Below are positions 36,765 through 51,363 of a stretch of 64,000 nt of DNA, piece after piece. The notes below the pieces were generated by a model. The model made no database searches. It was not told the DNA's origin and was given only the letters and a program-made list of their open reading frames with translations. The stretch lies in NCBI RefSeq assembly GCF_006345805.1, contig NW_021834219.1, forward strand, positions 36,310-100,309. The letters run 5' to 3'. A program made the translations under genes and the position numbers. Positions within the stretch are counted from its first letter, which is position 1, and each line of letters opens with the position of its first letter. The DNA comes from Octopus sinensis. Its lineage: Eukaryota.

Positions 36765-37500
36765 TTTTGGATATATTTGGGTACTCAGGTCTGCTCAGGA
36801 CTTAGTGCTTGCTTTTTCCATGGGTATGAGTAAGTATTTCATTTATGTCTTGCGTATTTATCGCTAAGGAGGGAAAAAATTCATATGAATTAACTCTGAA
36901 ATTGGGACCAATACGATAATAACGGAATTTTTTAGAAATTTCTTTCTGCTTGTTTCGAGACGCATAAATTATAATGGTTATTGACAATTTTGTCTATTTT
37001 TTGGCTTATTTGGGATTAGAATTTTTCTTTTGCACTTATTTTGTAAGTTATTTATAAATTTAACATTTAAAGGTATTTTTTAATATGCTGGCCATTGATA
37101 AAATTTTTTTTCGAAAAAATGTTATCCTACATTAGATGGAAATTTAATAGTGTTCACTTCCGGACTCTCTCACTCTGTGAAAGTTTCTAGTTCGAATCAC
37201 ACGTGTCTCAAGATGTGCTGAGGATTTTCTGTTTTGGATATATTTGGGTACTTAGGTCTGCTCATGACTTAGTGCTTGCTTTTTCCATGAGTATGAGTAA
37301 GTATTTCATTTATGTCTTACGTATTTATCGCTGACGAGGGGAAAATTCTTATGAATTAACCCCGAAATTGGGACCAATACGGTAATAACGGAATTTTTTA
37401 ATAATTTCTTTCGGCTTGTTTCGAGAGGCATAAATTATAATGGTTATTGACAATTTTGTCTATTTTTAGCATATTTGGCATTAGAATTTTTCTTTTGCCA
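36765..37500 (+). repeat. 467-bp tandem repeat (1.6 copies) with hammerhead-like motifs at 36859-36913 and 37326-37379 (family H)
   Basis: TTTTGGATATATTTGGGTACT recurs with a ~467-bp period; copy 37326: TATCG-CTGACGA-GGGG-aaa-ATTC-ttat-GAAT-taa-CCCC-GAAA-ttgg-GAC-CAATA. Confidence 0.8.
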
Positions 37501-37938
37501 TTATTTTATAAGTTATATATATATATATATACATCTGTATATATGAAAATAGAGACCGATGGAATATGTACCAGTTTTAAAATATCTATTGAAATCGATT
37601 CATTCGGCTACAAAGTTCTTCAAGTCTGTACTCTAGCATAGCCGCAGTCTAGTAAATGAAACACATGAAAGATAAATCATTTTAACTGTTTTTTATAATT
37701 AAAATATTATATTATCGTTTGCATAAGAATTCGTAAAAATTAAGAATAATTTTCCCTGCACAAGCTGGTACTGAAAATGTTTGTCTCTGGCACACAAAAA
37801 AAGAAAGAAAAAACGTTCCCCGTACTTGATACAGTGGCTACCTTCAATCCAGATCAAGTTGGCCGTTTATTCATCTAGAGGCTCCCATTGCATGTATTTA
37901 TCAATCGAATAACTACAAGTAATACATTAAGTTCGTTT

Positions 37939-38280
37939 AAGGTAGCGAGCTGGCAGAAATGCTTAGCGGTATTTCGTCTGTCTTTACCGTTCAGTGTTCA
38001 AATTCCGCCGAGGTCGGCTTTGTCTCTCATTCTTTCGCGGTCGATAAAATAAGTACAAGTTGGACATTAAGATCGATGTAATTGACTTACGCCCTGCCCC
38101 GAAATTGCTGACATTGTGCCAAAATGTGAAAGGAATGTATTATAGCAGCAAAAAAGGCGGCGAGTTGGCAGAATCTTTAGCACGCCGGGTAAAATATATA
38201 ATAGCATTCTGTCCCTCTTTAAGTTCAAATTCGTCCGAGGTCTATATAACTTTTCATCCTTTCGGGGTGGATAAAATATT
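37939..38280 (+). mobile_element. Two tandem SINEs, family E
   Basis: AGG(T/C)(A/G)GCGAG(C/T)TGGCAGAA heads at ~37939 and ~38156; GTTCAAATTC B-box-like motif. Confidence 0.8.
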
Positions 38281-39071
38281 AGAATTTGACGTTTCATCTA
38301 GAACAGAGAAACCGAAAGACAATACCTCACTCCTCAAAACTCACGAATGAAAGCTATGAACTAAAACAGTCACTTAGAAACTTTTGAAACTTGTGAGTTT
38401 TGGAATCGAAAAATGTTAAGCACACAGCTGTGTCTGCCTGTATATCTTGTTTTGTTGACTGCCCATCAAAGGAAACTAATGGAAAATCTAAAATGTATTA
38501 TAAATTCTAAGAAAAAGTTTGCAGTTAAATCTATGTGACTTCAAGTAAAAATAGTCAATTGTTTTATTATTCTGTAGGTTGTTATCTGGTTAAAGGTAAG
38601 AATAAAGAAATGTATTTAAAAAAGGAAGCTGTTATGCTATATGTAGCATCGGGTTTCAAAGAAATATCATTGTTCTTGCAGTTGTGCTTAAACTAGGGCA
38701 AAAGTGTCGTGCGTAAACAAGGACTTTTGTCTTCGTACGTCATAGCAGAACATGAATTGGTTTATGAGTGTATGCTGCGCGTATATGCTTATGTGTATGT
38801 GTGTGTGTATCTATGTGTGTGGTCATGTATGTGTTGAATGTATGTGTGAGTATATGTAGATACATATATATAATACATATATATATATATATGTATATAT
38901 ATAGATGCATATATATACATATATATATGTATATGTATATATATACATATATATATATATATCTATATATATATATATAGATATATATATATAGATATAT
39001 ATATATATATATATCAGAAATATTAAATTTCTAAATATCTCAAAGAGATATGTACGGTGGTGGGGCGATAG

Positions 39072-39304
39072 TGTGATTGTATACTGTCAACACAACGTGA
39101 CAGCTAGGCATGTTTTGGGGGGTATTTTGTCTCCCCTTCGTAAATATATAAGGACACAGGAAATGTGTCAAGGCCGACAGGAAGCGTCGAATGCTCCCTA
39201 GGGCTAAACTGCGGTAGTGTAATTCCCTTAAAGGACTGTCACGTTAAGTTGACAGTATACAACCACTCTATATATATACATATACCATATATAGATATAC
39301 ATAA

Positions 39305-39365
<61 letters not shown>

Positions 39366-39850
39366 ATATTGGCAGGTCTTTGTTGTGCAAGATTTTTATG
39401 TGAAGTCGTGTGTTGAAACAGATATTGTTATATTTCGGAATGATCATATTGCAGTTTAGCCAATAAAAACACACGCACTATATATTTGGGTTATTTTGCT
39501 TCAGGGATATTATTTTTTACATTAATCTTAATATTATTCGGCCAGAGTTCTTTCGTCACACTCCTGTGACCGCATCAGTGGCCTTGTTTTCTTCTTTCGT
39601 ATTTGTGTCTCTCCTTACTAACCGTCAGCCATTTTGTATTTCTATTGTATGTCTTCATTTGCGCATGCTTATATCTCTATGTGCGTCTATATTTATTTAG
39701 TGTGTGTGTGACGAAAGAACTCTGGCCGAAATAAGATTAAGATTAATGTAAAAAAAAATAAATATCACTGAAGCAAAATAAACCAAATATATAGTGCGTG
39801 TGTTTTATTGGCTAAACTGGCAATATGACCATTCCGAAATATAACACAAT
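39072..39850. mobile_element. Family B composite: small IR 39072-39267, minus copy 39375-39620, inverted partial copy 39707-39848
   Basis: Homology to 1040-1495; 39425-39560 and 39707-39848 form an inverted pair, as seen in PLE inverted pseudo-LTR arrangements. Confidence 0.7.
39540..39583 (-). ncRNA. Hammerhead-like motif, variant core CUGAUGC (family B)
   Basis: GGCCA-CTGATGC-G-GTCAC-aggagt-GTGAC-GAAA-G-aa-C-TC-TGGCC: perfect 5-bp stems I and II. Confidence 0.6.
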
Positions 39851-39875
39851 ATATATATACATATATATATTATAT

Positions 39876-39919
<44 letters not shown>

Positions 39920-40510
39920 ATAATATGGTGGCGGTAATAAGTTTGTGATGATGGCGGTATTGGTGTTAGACAGGGCTAGTCTAAGCCAAATGGACATATT
40001 TTTCAAATTTAACCCTACACCGAGAGAGGGCTCTGCGCACAAAATCGAACGAAAGACGCTATGATGAATTCAACATTTCCTAATATTTTTATTGCTTTGA
40101 GGATTTATTTAAAAATGCATCAGGTAAAAAATGCATTTCAAGCCTAAAACTTATTAAAACATACCGAGAGTAAACAATTTCACAAGAGAGACTAAGTGGT
40201 TTGCCAATGTTATCTATAGGAAATTACGTTATAAAAACCATTAGTTTGAAATGATTTTCAAAGTCTTCTCAGATAAATAAGTCTGTTTTAAGAACTCTTC
40301 ACAAAACTGTAAGTCAGTGATTATTTTGACTTGTAATAAAACTTTAAAACTTTCATATGAGCTTTCAAAATTTATAATATCATTATGGCTAATGGTGGAG
40401 TCTGAAACCCTCAAACTATTTTGGCTGGGAAAGGCGAACGATACGAAGCATAAAATATCAATCTACAGATTTATAGAGTAGAGAGTCCCACTAATTGGGA
40501 GCTGCATTGC

Positions 40511-43500
40511 CACACATCAAACCAGCACTACCATGCTCCACACCGGCACAAACATATATCACACCAGCACTACCATACATCACACAAGCACAACCATACA
40601 TCACACCAGGAATACCATACATCACACCAGCACAAACATGCATCACAACAGCACTAACATATATCACACGAGCATTATCATACATCACACCAGCACAACC
40701 ATATATCACACCAGCATTACCATACATCACAACAGCACTAACATGCACCTCACTAGCACAACCACACATCACACCAGCACTACCACACATCACACCAGCA
40801 TTACCATACATCACACCAACACTACCATGCACCTCACCAGCACTACCATACATCACACCATCCCTACCATACATCACACCAGCACTACCATACATCACAC
40901 CAGCACTACCATACATCACACAGCACTACCATACATCACACCAGCACTACCATACATCACACCAGCACTACCATACATCACACCAGCACTACCATACATC
41001 ACACCAGCACTACAATGCACCTCACCAGCACTACCATACATCACACCAGCACTACCATACATCACACCAGCACTATCATACATCACACCAGCACTACCAT
41101 GCACCTCACCAGCACTACCATACAGCACACCAGCACTACCATACTTCACACCAGTAATACCAGACATCACACCAGCACTATCATACATCACACCAGCACT
41201 ACCATACATCACACCAACACTAACATCCATCACTCCAGCAGTACCATGTACCTCACCAACACTACCATGAATCACACCAGCAATAACATACCTAACACCA
41301 CCACAAACATACATCACACCAGCACTACCATACAGTACACACGCACTACCATGCACTTCACCGGCACTACCATACATCACACCAGCAATACCATGCATCA
41401 CATCAGCACTACAATACATCACAGCAGCACTACCATAAATCACACAAGCACTAACATATATCACACCAGCACTACCATATATAACACAAGCACTAACATG
41501 CACCTCACCAGCACTACCATGCATCACACCAGCACTACCATACATCACACCAGCACAAACATATATCAAACATGCACTACCATACAGCACACCAGCACTG
41601 CCGTACATCACACCAGCACAACCATATATAACACCAGCAACATCATACATCACACCAGCACTACCATACATCACAACAGCACTACACTACTTCACAAAAG
41701 CACAACCATATATCACACTAGCACTACCATACATCACACCATCACTACAATGCCCCTCACCAGAATTACCATGCATCACACCAGCACTACCATACATCAC
41801 ACCAGCACTGCCATTCATAAAACCAGCACTACTATGCACCTCACCAGCACTAACATACATCCAGCAGCAGTACCATACATAACACCAGCACTACCATACA
41901 TTACACCAGCAATACCATACATCAAACCAGCACTACCATACACCACACCAGCACTACCATGCACCACACCAGCATTACCATACATCACACCAGTAATACC
42001 ATACATCACACCAGCACAACCATATATCACACGAGCACTACCATGCATCACACCAGCACAAAACATACATCACAACAGCACTATCATACATCACACCAGT
42101 AATAACATTACAAGCACACCAGCACTAACATACATCACACCAGCATACCAACAACACACCAGCACACTACCACACCATCACACCAGCACTACCATACATC
42201 ACATCAGCAGTACCATACATCACACCCACTAGCAATACCATACATTACACCAGCACTTCCATACCTCAAACCAAGCACTACCATACATCACACAGCACAA
42301 CCATATATCACACAGCACAGCCATACCATTACACAAGCACTACAATGCACCTCACAGCACTACCATGCATCACACCAGAAATACCACATAACATCATCAC
42401 ACCGGCCAACCATATTATCACTCAGCACTACCATACATCACACCAGCACAACCACTACATCACACACGCAATACAATGCACTACCTGCACTTACCATACA
42501 TCACACAGCACTACCATACATCACACCAACACTACCATACATCACACCAGCACTACCATACATCACACCAGTAATACCATACATCACACCAGCACTACCA
42601 TACTTCACACAGGCACTACCATGCACCTCACCAGCACTACCATACATACAATCAACACTATCTTACATCACACCAGCACTACCATACATCACACCAGCAC
42701 TACCATACATCAATCACACCAGCACTACCATACATCACACAAGCACTACAATACATCACACTACCATACAGCACACAAGCACTACCATACATCACACCAG
42801 CACTACCATACATCAAACCAGCACAACCATGCATCTCAGCAGCACTACCTTACATCACACCAGCACTAACCATACATCACACCAGTACTACCAGAAATCA
42901 CACCAGCACTACCTTACATCACACCAGCACTACCATACATCACACCAGCACTACCATACATCACACCAGCACTACCATACATCACACCAGCACTACCATA
43001 CATCACACCAGCACAACCATACATCACACCAGCACAATCATATATCACACCAGCACTACCATACATCACACCAGTACTACAATGCACCTCACCAGCACTA
43101 CAATGCATCATACCAGAACTACCATACATCACACCGGCACAACCATATATCACACCAGCACTATGATACATCACACCAGCACTACCATACCTCACACCAG
43201 CACTACGATACATCATGCCAGCACTACCATACATCAAACCAGCTCTACCATACATCACAACAGCACTACCATACATCACACCAGCATTACCATACATCAC
43301 ACCAGCACTAGCTTACTTCACACCAGCACAACGATACATCACACCAGCATTACCATACATCACACCAGCACTACCATGCACCTCACCCGCACTACCATAC
43401 ATCACACGAGCACTACCATACATCACATGAACACTACCATACTTCACAACATTACCACAAACATCACACCAGCACAGCCATAAATCACACCAGCCCTACC

Positions 43501-46500
43501 ATGCACCTCACCAGCACTACCATACATCACACCTGCAATAACATACATCACACCAGCACTACCAGACATCACAACAGCACTACCCTACATCACACCAGCA
43601 CTACCATACATCGCACCAGTAATACCATAAATCACACCAGCACTACCATACATCATACCAGCACTACCATACACCACACCAGCACTACCATACATCACAC
43701 CAGCACAACTATATATCACATCAGCACTACCATACATCACACCAGCACTACAATGCACCTCACCAGCACTACCATGCATCACCCCAGCACAATCATACAT
43801 CACACCAGCACTACTATACATCACACCAGCACTACCATACATCACACCAGCACTACCCTACAGCATGCCCGCACTACTATGCACCTCACCAGCACTACCA
43901 TACATCACACAAGCACTACCATACATCACACCAGCACTACCATACATCACACCAGCACTACCATACTTCGCACAAGCACTACCATGCACCTCACCAGCAC
44001 TACCATGCATCACACCAGCACTACCCTACAGCGCAACCGCACTACTATGCACCTCACCAGAACTACCATACATCACACAAGCACTACCATACATCACACC
44101 AGCACTACCATACATCACACCAGCACTACCATACTTCACACAAGCACTACCATGCACCTCACCAGCACTACCATACATCACAGCAGCACTACCATGCACT
44201 TCAGCAGCACTAACATACATCACACAAGCACTACCATACAGCACACCAGCACTACCATACATCACACCAGCACTATCTTACATCACACCAGCACTACCAT
44301 ACATCACACCAGCGCTACCATACATCACACCAGCACTACCATACTTCGCACAAGCACTACCATGCACCTCACCAACACTACCATGCATCACACCAGCACT
44401 ACCCTACAGCACAACCGCACTACTATGCATCTCACCAGCATTACCATACATCACACATGCACTACCATACATCACACCAGCACTACCATACTTCACAGAA
44501 GCACTACCATGCACCTCACCAGCACTACCATACTTCACAGAAGCACTACCATGCACCTCACCAGCACTACCATACATCACACGAGCACTACCATGCACTT
44601 CAGCAGCACTACCATACATCACACCAGCACATCCATGCAGCACACCAGCTCTAACATACATCACACCAGCACTATCTTACATCACACCAGCACTACCATA
44701 CATCAAACCTGCACTAGCATACATGAAACCAGCACTACCATGCACCTCACCAGCACTACCATACATCACACCAGTAATACCATACATCACACCAGCACTA
44801 CCATGCACCTCACCAGCACTACCATGCATCACACCAGCACTACCATACATCACACCAGCACAACCATATATCACACCAGCACTACCATACATCAATCACA
44901 CCAGCACTACCATACATCACACCAGCACTATCATACAGCACACCAGCACTACCATACATCACACCAGCACTACCATACATCACACCAGCACTACCATACA
45001 CCTCACCAGCACTACCATACATCACACCAGCACTACCATACATCACACCAGCACTACCATGCACCTCACCAGCACTACCATACTTCACAGCAGCACTACC
45101 ATACATCACACGAACACTACCATACATCACACCATTACTACAAACATCACACCAGCACAACAATACATCACACCACCACTACCACGCACCTCACCAGCAC
45201 TACCATATATCACACCAGCGCTACCATACATTATACCAGCACAACCATGTATCACACCAGCAATACCATACATCACACCAGCACTACCATACATCACACC
45301 AGCACTACTATTCAGCACACCAGCACTACCTTGCACCTCGCCAGCACTACCATACATCACACCAGCACAACCATATATCACAGCAGCACAACCATACATC
45401 ACACCAGCACTACCATACATCGCTCCAGCACTACCATACCTCACACAAGCACTACCATACTTCACACCAGCACTACCATACACATCACCAGCACTACCAT
45501 ACATCACACCAGCACTACCATGCACCTCACCAGCACTACCGTACATCACACCAGCACTATGATACATCACACCAGCCCTACCATACCTCACACCAGCACT
45601 ACGATACATCATGCCAGCACTACCATACATGAAACCAGCACTACCATACATCACAACAGCACTACCATACATCACGCCAGCATTACCATACATCACACCA
45701 GCACTACCTTACTTCACACCAGCACTACCATACATCACACCAGCATTACCATACATCACACAGCACTACCATGCACCTCACCCGCACTACCATACATCAC
45801 ACCATCACTACCATACATCACATGAACACTACCATACTTCTCAACATTACCACAAACATCACACCAGCACAGCCATACATCACACCAGTACTACCATGCA
45901 CCTCACCAGCACTACCATACATCACACCTGCAATACCATACATCACACCAGCACTACCATACAGCACACCAGCACTATCATACATCACACCAGCACTACC
46001 ATACATCCCACCAGCACTACCATACATCACACCAGCACTACCATGCACCTCACCATCACTACTTTACATCACACCAGCACTACCATGCACCTCACCAGCA
46101 CTACCATACATCACACCAGCACTACCATACTTCACACCAGCACTATAATACCTCACAACAGCACTACCATGCACCTCACCAGCACAACCATGCACCTCAC
46201 CCACACTACCATACTTCACACCAGCACTACCATACATCTCACCAGCACTACCATGCACCACACCAGCACTACCATACATCACACCAGCACTACCATGCAC
46301 CTCACCAGCACTAGCATACATCACACCAGCACTACCATACATCACACCAGCACAACCATATATCACACCAGCACTACCATACATCACACCAGCACAACCA
46401 TGCATCACACCAGCACTACCATACATCACACCAGCACTACCATACATCACACCAGTAATACCATAAATCACACCAGCACTACCATACATCACACCAGCAC

Positions 46501-47466
46501 TACCATACATCACACCAGCACTACCGTACATCACACTATCTCAACCATATATCACACCTGCACTACCATACATCACACCAGCTCTACAATGCACCTCACC
46601 AGCACTACCATGCATCACACCAACACTACCATACATCACACCAGCACAACCATATATCACACCAGCACTACTATACATCGCACCAGCACTACCATACATC
46701 ACACCAGCACTACCATACATCACACCAGCGCTACCATACTTCACACAAGCACTACCATGCACCTCACCAGCACTACCATACATCACACCAGCACTACCAT
46801 GCACCTCACCAGCACTACCATACATCACACCAGCACTACCATACACCATTCCAATCCTATTAAACATCACAACCAACTACCATCCACCACATCAACTCTA
46901 GACACACCACACTAACTCAACCGTACACCACACCAACACTACCATATACCACACCCCTAATATACACTGACATTTTTATACACAACACAATCTCTGCGAT
47001 GCATCACTATATTGACATACATCTCACCAACACTACTATACAACACACCAAAAAAACCACATACCACACCATTACTACCGTATTCCGCACCAACACTACC
47101 ATACGCAACACTCACAATGTAATACACTTCACCAGCACTACCATACACCACACCAGTACTACCATAAATCACACCAACTCTCCCATACACCTAACTACCA
47201 AACATCTCACCAACACTATAATACACCAAACCAACTCTACCCTACACCACTCCAGCACCGCTATACACCACACCACTACTATCATACACCACACCAACAT
47301 TACCATACACCAACACTACCATACACAACACCACAGTATCATGCACCTCACCAACACCTCCATACTCCACACCAGCACTAACATACACCATACCAACACT
47401 ACCATACCCTACACCAACACCACCATACATCACATCAACACTGTTATACACTAGCACTACCATACA
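40511..47466. repeat. ~7-kb minisatellite, 21-bp unit CACACCAGCACTACCATACAT (~330 copies)
   Basis: Read directly from the sequence; homogeneous interior, degenerate right edge (46850-47466). Confidence 0.97.
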
Positions 47467-48139
47467 GAACACTTACATTATCATACACAAGACCAGTATT
47501 ATCACAAACCATGCTGAATTATACTTTGCATTCAACTAGTCGGAAGAAATCATTTGAAAGTTTACTTCACTGTAAGTCAGTTATCACTGGGCTAATCGAC
47601 AGCAGTTTTGGTTTTGGCGAAAAAGGCATTAAAGAATAAATAGTTTTTTCATTCCATCTTTCATAGATGTCATAGGAGTTCCGGTAACATTGTATGTGCA
47701 ATAATATTTTTAAAGAACCGGTGCTCCTGTTTCTAGATCTAGCGTTACGTCTTCACCTTGTCTTTTAGAACGTAGCATGTTACTTGCTTTAAACTCTCAG
47801 ATGGTGTCAACCGATCGGCCTGATATTTTATAAAACTTTTTAAATTATCTACATAATACTGGGTCTTGCATTTCAAATATTTACTAGTTATTTCTTCGTG
47901 ATATATTTACAGATTATTATTATGTTTAAATGCGATTAGTGCGACAGGTGCGCTTGGCACACCGTGTACCTGTTCAGGCAACGTCGATTTGATGGAGACT
48001 GCGAAGTAATGTACAGCACATGCATCACTATAAACAGATCATTTATGTAGGTCTTTCGCCAGAAGCTGAGCTCTCATACTTGTCTTCGACGGGAGAGTAC
48101 ACCGTCGTTGTTGTTGTCGTCGTCATCATCATCATTATT

Positions 48140-48882
48140 ATTATTGCCTTTGCACAGCTTCTAACGCTGGAATCGTATTACAGTGTCAGTTGTTCACTAC
48201 CAGTGAACTAAGGTAACATCTCTTATTTTTCAAGCACCTTTCGGAGTATTGGAGCGGTTCCAAGCAGTGTTGCTTTCTACAAGTGCTCCACCCTTATTGC
48301 AGTCCCGATTTGTTCCATGTACTTCTCAATAGATTTACTCACTCTTCCCAGGGCTCCAATTATTGGTACTACTGCTACCTTTTTATAGACCACAACTGCT
48401 TAACTTCCCAAGCTAACCTGTCATATCTATCGACTTTTCCTTCTTCCTTATCACATACCTTGTTGTTAGCTGTGCATGCTATATCTATGATCCAGCATAG
48501 TTTATTTTCTTTCTCAATTAAGACTATGTCCAGCTTCCTACTCTCTATCTCATGATCACACTGAATCATAAAATGCCATAGCATCTTTGCATTATCATTT
48601 TCGATGATGCATTCGGGTTTATGTTCGTACCAATTTTTTGCTCTGTGAAATCCACAAATACTATATTGTCATGACGTCTCTTATATTCTGTCTGGACTAG
48701 TGGCATACATTGGCTGGTAATATACGATACGGTTTCACCATTTTGTCCACAAATTCTACACATCACTTTCTGGTCTATTCTGTATTTGATGTAATTGGTT
48801 CTTAATGCTTGCTCTTGGGCAGCACAAATTAGACCCTTTGTTTCTGGTTTTAAATCACATTTAGTCATCCAGACCATCTTGT
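48140..48882 (-). mobile_element. R4/Dong-type RLE LINE 3' fragment 1
   Basis: 'LKPETKGLICAAQEQALRTN..CRICGQNGETVSYITSQC..RRHDN', 'QCDHEIESRKLDIVL..IIDIAC'; (TAA)n on both sides. Confidence 0.85.
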
Positions 48883-48888
48883 TTTCTG

Positions 48889-48948
<60 letters not shown>

Positions 48949-49214
48949 GAGTGAGAGAGCAGTGCATGCCAACAAAGTGACACTGGGGTAAAATATACGA
49001 AGCCCAATATACCCATCATGACTACCCGTCTGATATGGGTACACCAATCATATGTATCACAACCATGTGTGCGTGACATGGTGATCTCATATCAAGATAA
49101 ACAGCACATGATCTTGCAGGAGTACCAGTTGAACACTGGGATCGATGTAATCGACACATCACCTCTCCCAAAATTGCTCTCCTTGTTGGAAAATTTGAAA
49201 CCTATTTTATTATT

Positions 49215-51209
49215 ATTATTATTATTATCATTGTCATTTACTTTTAATCTGCATGTTAGATGCAATCACCTGCCGGGGCACACCCAGCGCCCTAGGGCAA
49301 GTGAAGGTTAAGAGTTGTTGAAATATAGCTGAAAGCTTGGTGAGGGGAAGTAGAGAAATATCTCCATGTAATACAAACACAAACATTTACATTGATAGGT
49401 TTTTCTAAGGATGTGGACAGTACTTGTTAGCACAATCTTTTGGATTTCCTTGAGACATGGTTCTCCAGGGATATTGTCTAGGTGTTTCTGACATCCCTTT
49501 TTTATCATACCTGGGGCACCTACAATAACAGGAACAGTTTTTGTTTTAAGATTCCACATCTTTTGTATTTCGATTTCCAGGTCCTTATATTTACTAAGAT
49601 TGTCAAATTCCTTTACAGATACATTTTTATCAGTGGGGACGCTTACCTCTATTAGTCTGCAGGTATTTTCTTCCCTGTCTTTAACAATTATGTCTGGTCG
49701 ATTAGCCTTGATCATTCTGTCAGTGTTGACTGGAAAATCCCAGAGGATGGTGACATCTTTACCTTCAACAACTGGCTGAGGATGGTGTTCATACCAGTTA
49801 GCAGGAGTGTCGAATTTGTAGTGTTTACATATCTTCCAATGTATATACTGTCCTACCCTATCGTGGCGATTTTTGTATTCGTTTGGTGTCAGCACAGGAC
49901 ATCCCGAAACGAGATGGTCTATTGTTTCGTCAAATGTGTCGCAGAATCTGCATTTAGGGTCAGTACCGTTTCGGAGAACGTTAGCCTGGTAATTTCTGGT
50001 AAACAAGCTTTGATCTTGTGCTGCCAGTATGAAGCCTTCAGTCTCTGCTTTCAATCCAGAACTCTTCAGCCACTGATGGGTTGTTGCTTGGTCTACATCA
50101 GCATTTTGGCTTCGGAGAATATATTGTCCATGCAGGGGCTTCTGACTCCACCGCCTCTCAATTTGATTCTGCCCGTTCTTTTTTGCAGTCTGCTTGATTC
50201 GCTTTGCTTGCTTGGTAGCAGTGGTTTCCGGCTCTTCATCTGATTCAAGGTTAATGTCTAGTTCCCTTTCGAACTTATAAGCTTCCTTGACAATAGAATG
50301 CAGCTTTTTGCTGCTTTCGTGTTCGCACACAAGTCGCAGCATCCAGTCCTTTGTACTAGATAGGTACCTGTTCATTCCTACAGTAGAGGTCTTATAGCAC
50401 AGCTCTAATTGCATCATTCCTCTCCCCCCGCTGCTTCTAGGTAGGTCCAGGCGGTCTACATCTGCCTTAGGATGGTGCATGCTCTTGGATGTCAGTAATT
50501 TTCTTGTCTTTCTCTCCAAGCGTTGGAGTTCCGTAAGGTTCCAGTTAATGATGTAAAAACTGTACTGGACTACTGGAAGTGCCAAGGTGTTAATGGCCTC
50601 AATGCAATTTTTGGAGTTGAGTTCAGTCTTCAGTACAAGCCTTATTCTCCTATAGTATTCCTTTCTTATTTTTTTCCTTCATAGTAGCATGATGTATACC
50701 ATCTCCTTCCTTGATTCCTAGGTATTTGTAACTTTCTTGTGGGTCAAGTTCCTTGATGGTAGTGTCAATATCTAATTTAACAGAAGCTGTTTGCCTGAGC
50801 TTGCCTCTTACAAAAGTTGCGTTAGCACACTTATCAAGGCCAAAATCCATTCCGATATCATTGCTAAACTCTTTAACATTTGTTAGCAGCCCTTCTAGCT
50901 CTTGTTCATTCCTGGCAAACAGCTTTAGGTCGTCCATGTAGAAAAGGTGGTTTATTAACTTACTAAAAACTTTGTACCCATATCTGGTACTATCCAATTC
51001 GTTTGAGAGTGGGATCAGTGCCATGCAAAAAGGTAATGGAGAGAGGGAGTCACCTTGAAAGATGCCTCGTTTGATGTTGATGCTGTTGGACTGGCTCATC
51101 CCATTACTATGGCTTAGAAAGAGACGTGTGTTCCACATGGTCATGCTATTCTCTAAGAATTTTGAGACGACAGGAGAGATCTTGTATATCTCAAGGGCCT
51201 TGAGTATCC

Positions 51210-51210
<1 letters not shown>
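49215..51210 (-). mobile_element. R4/Dong-type RLE LINE, 5'-truncated, best preserved copy
   Basis: RT 'RGIFQGDSLSP..HLFYMDDLKL..FGLDKC..YKYLG'; 'CRFCDTFDETIDHLVSGC' CCHC; RLE 'RHD..NRPDIIV..LIEVSVP..SKYKDL'. One frameshift at the A-run ~50660; flanked by (TAA)n. Confidence 0.93.
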
Positions 51211-51245
<35 letters not shown>

Positions 51246-51295
51246 CATTAATATTATTATTATTATTATTATTATTATTATCATTAATATTATTA

Positions 51296-51360
<65 letters not shown>

Positions 51361-51363
<3 letters not shown>

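Noticed and set aside
43501-45825. 774-aa His/Thr-rich ORF as a gene
   Set aside because: It follows automatically from a stop-free 21-bp unit; overlapping ORFs exist in four frames and shift at indels. Kept only as a hypothesis under findings.
40511-47466. CRISPR-like array or RNA polymerase II CTD-like heptads (YITPALP)
   Set aside because: There are no unique spacers, the context is eukaryotic, and the heptad lacks the Ser/Pro pattern and any RPB1 body.
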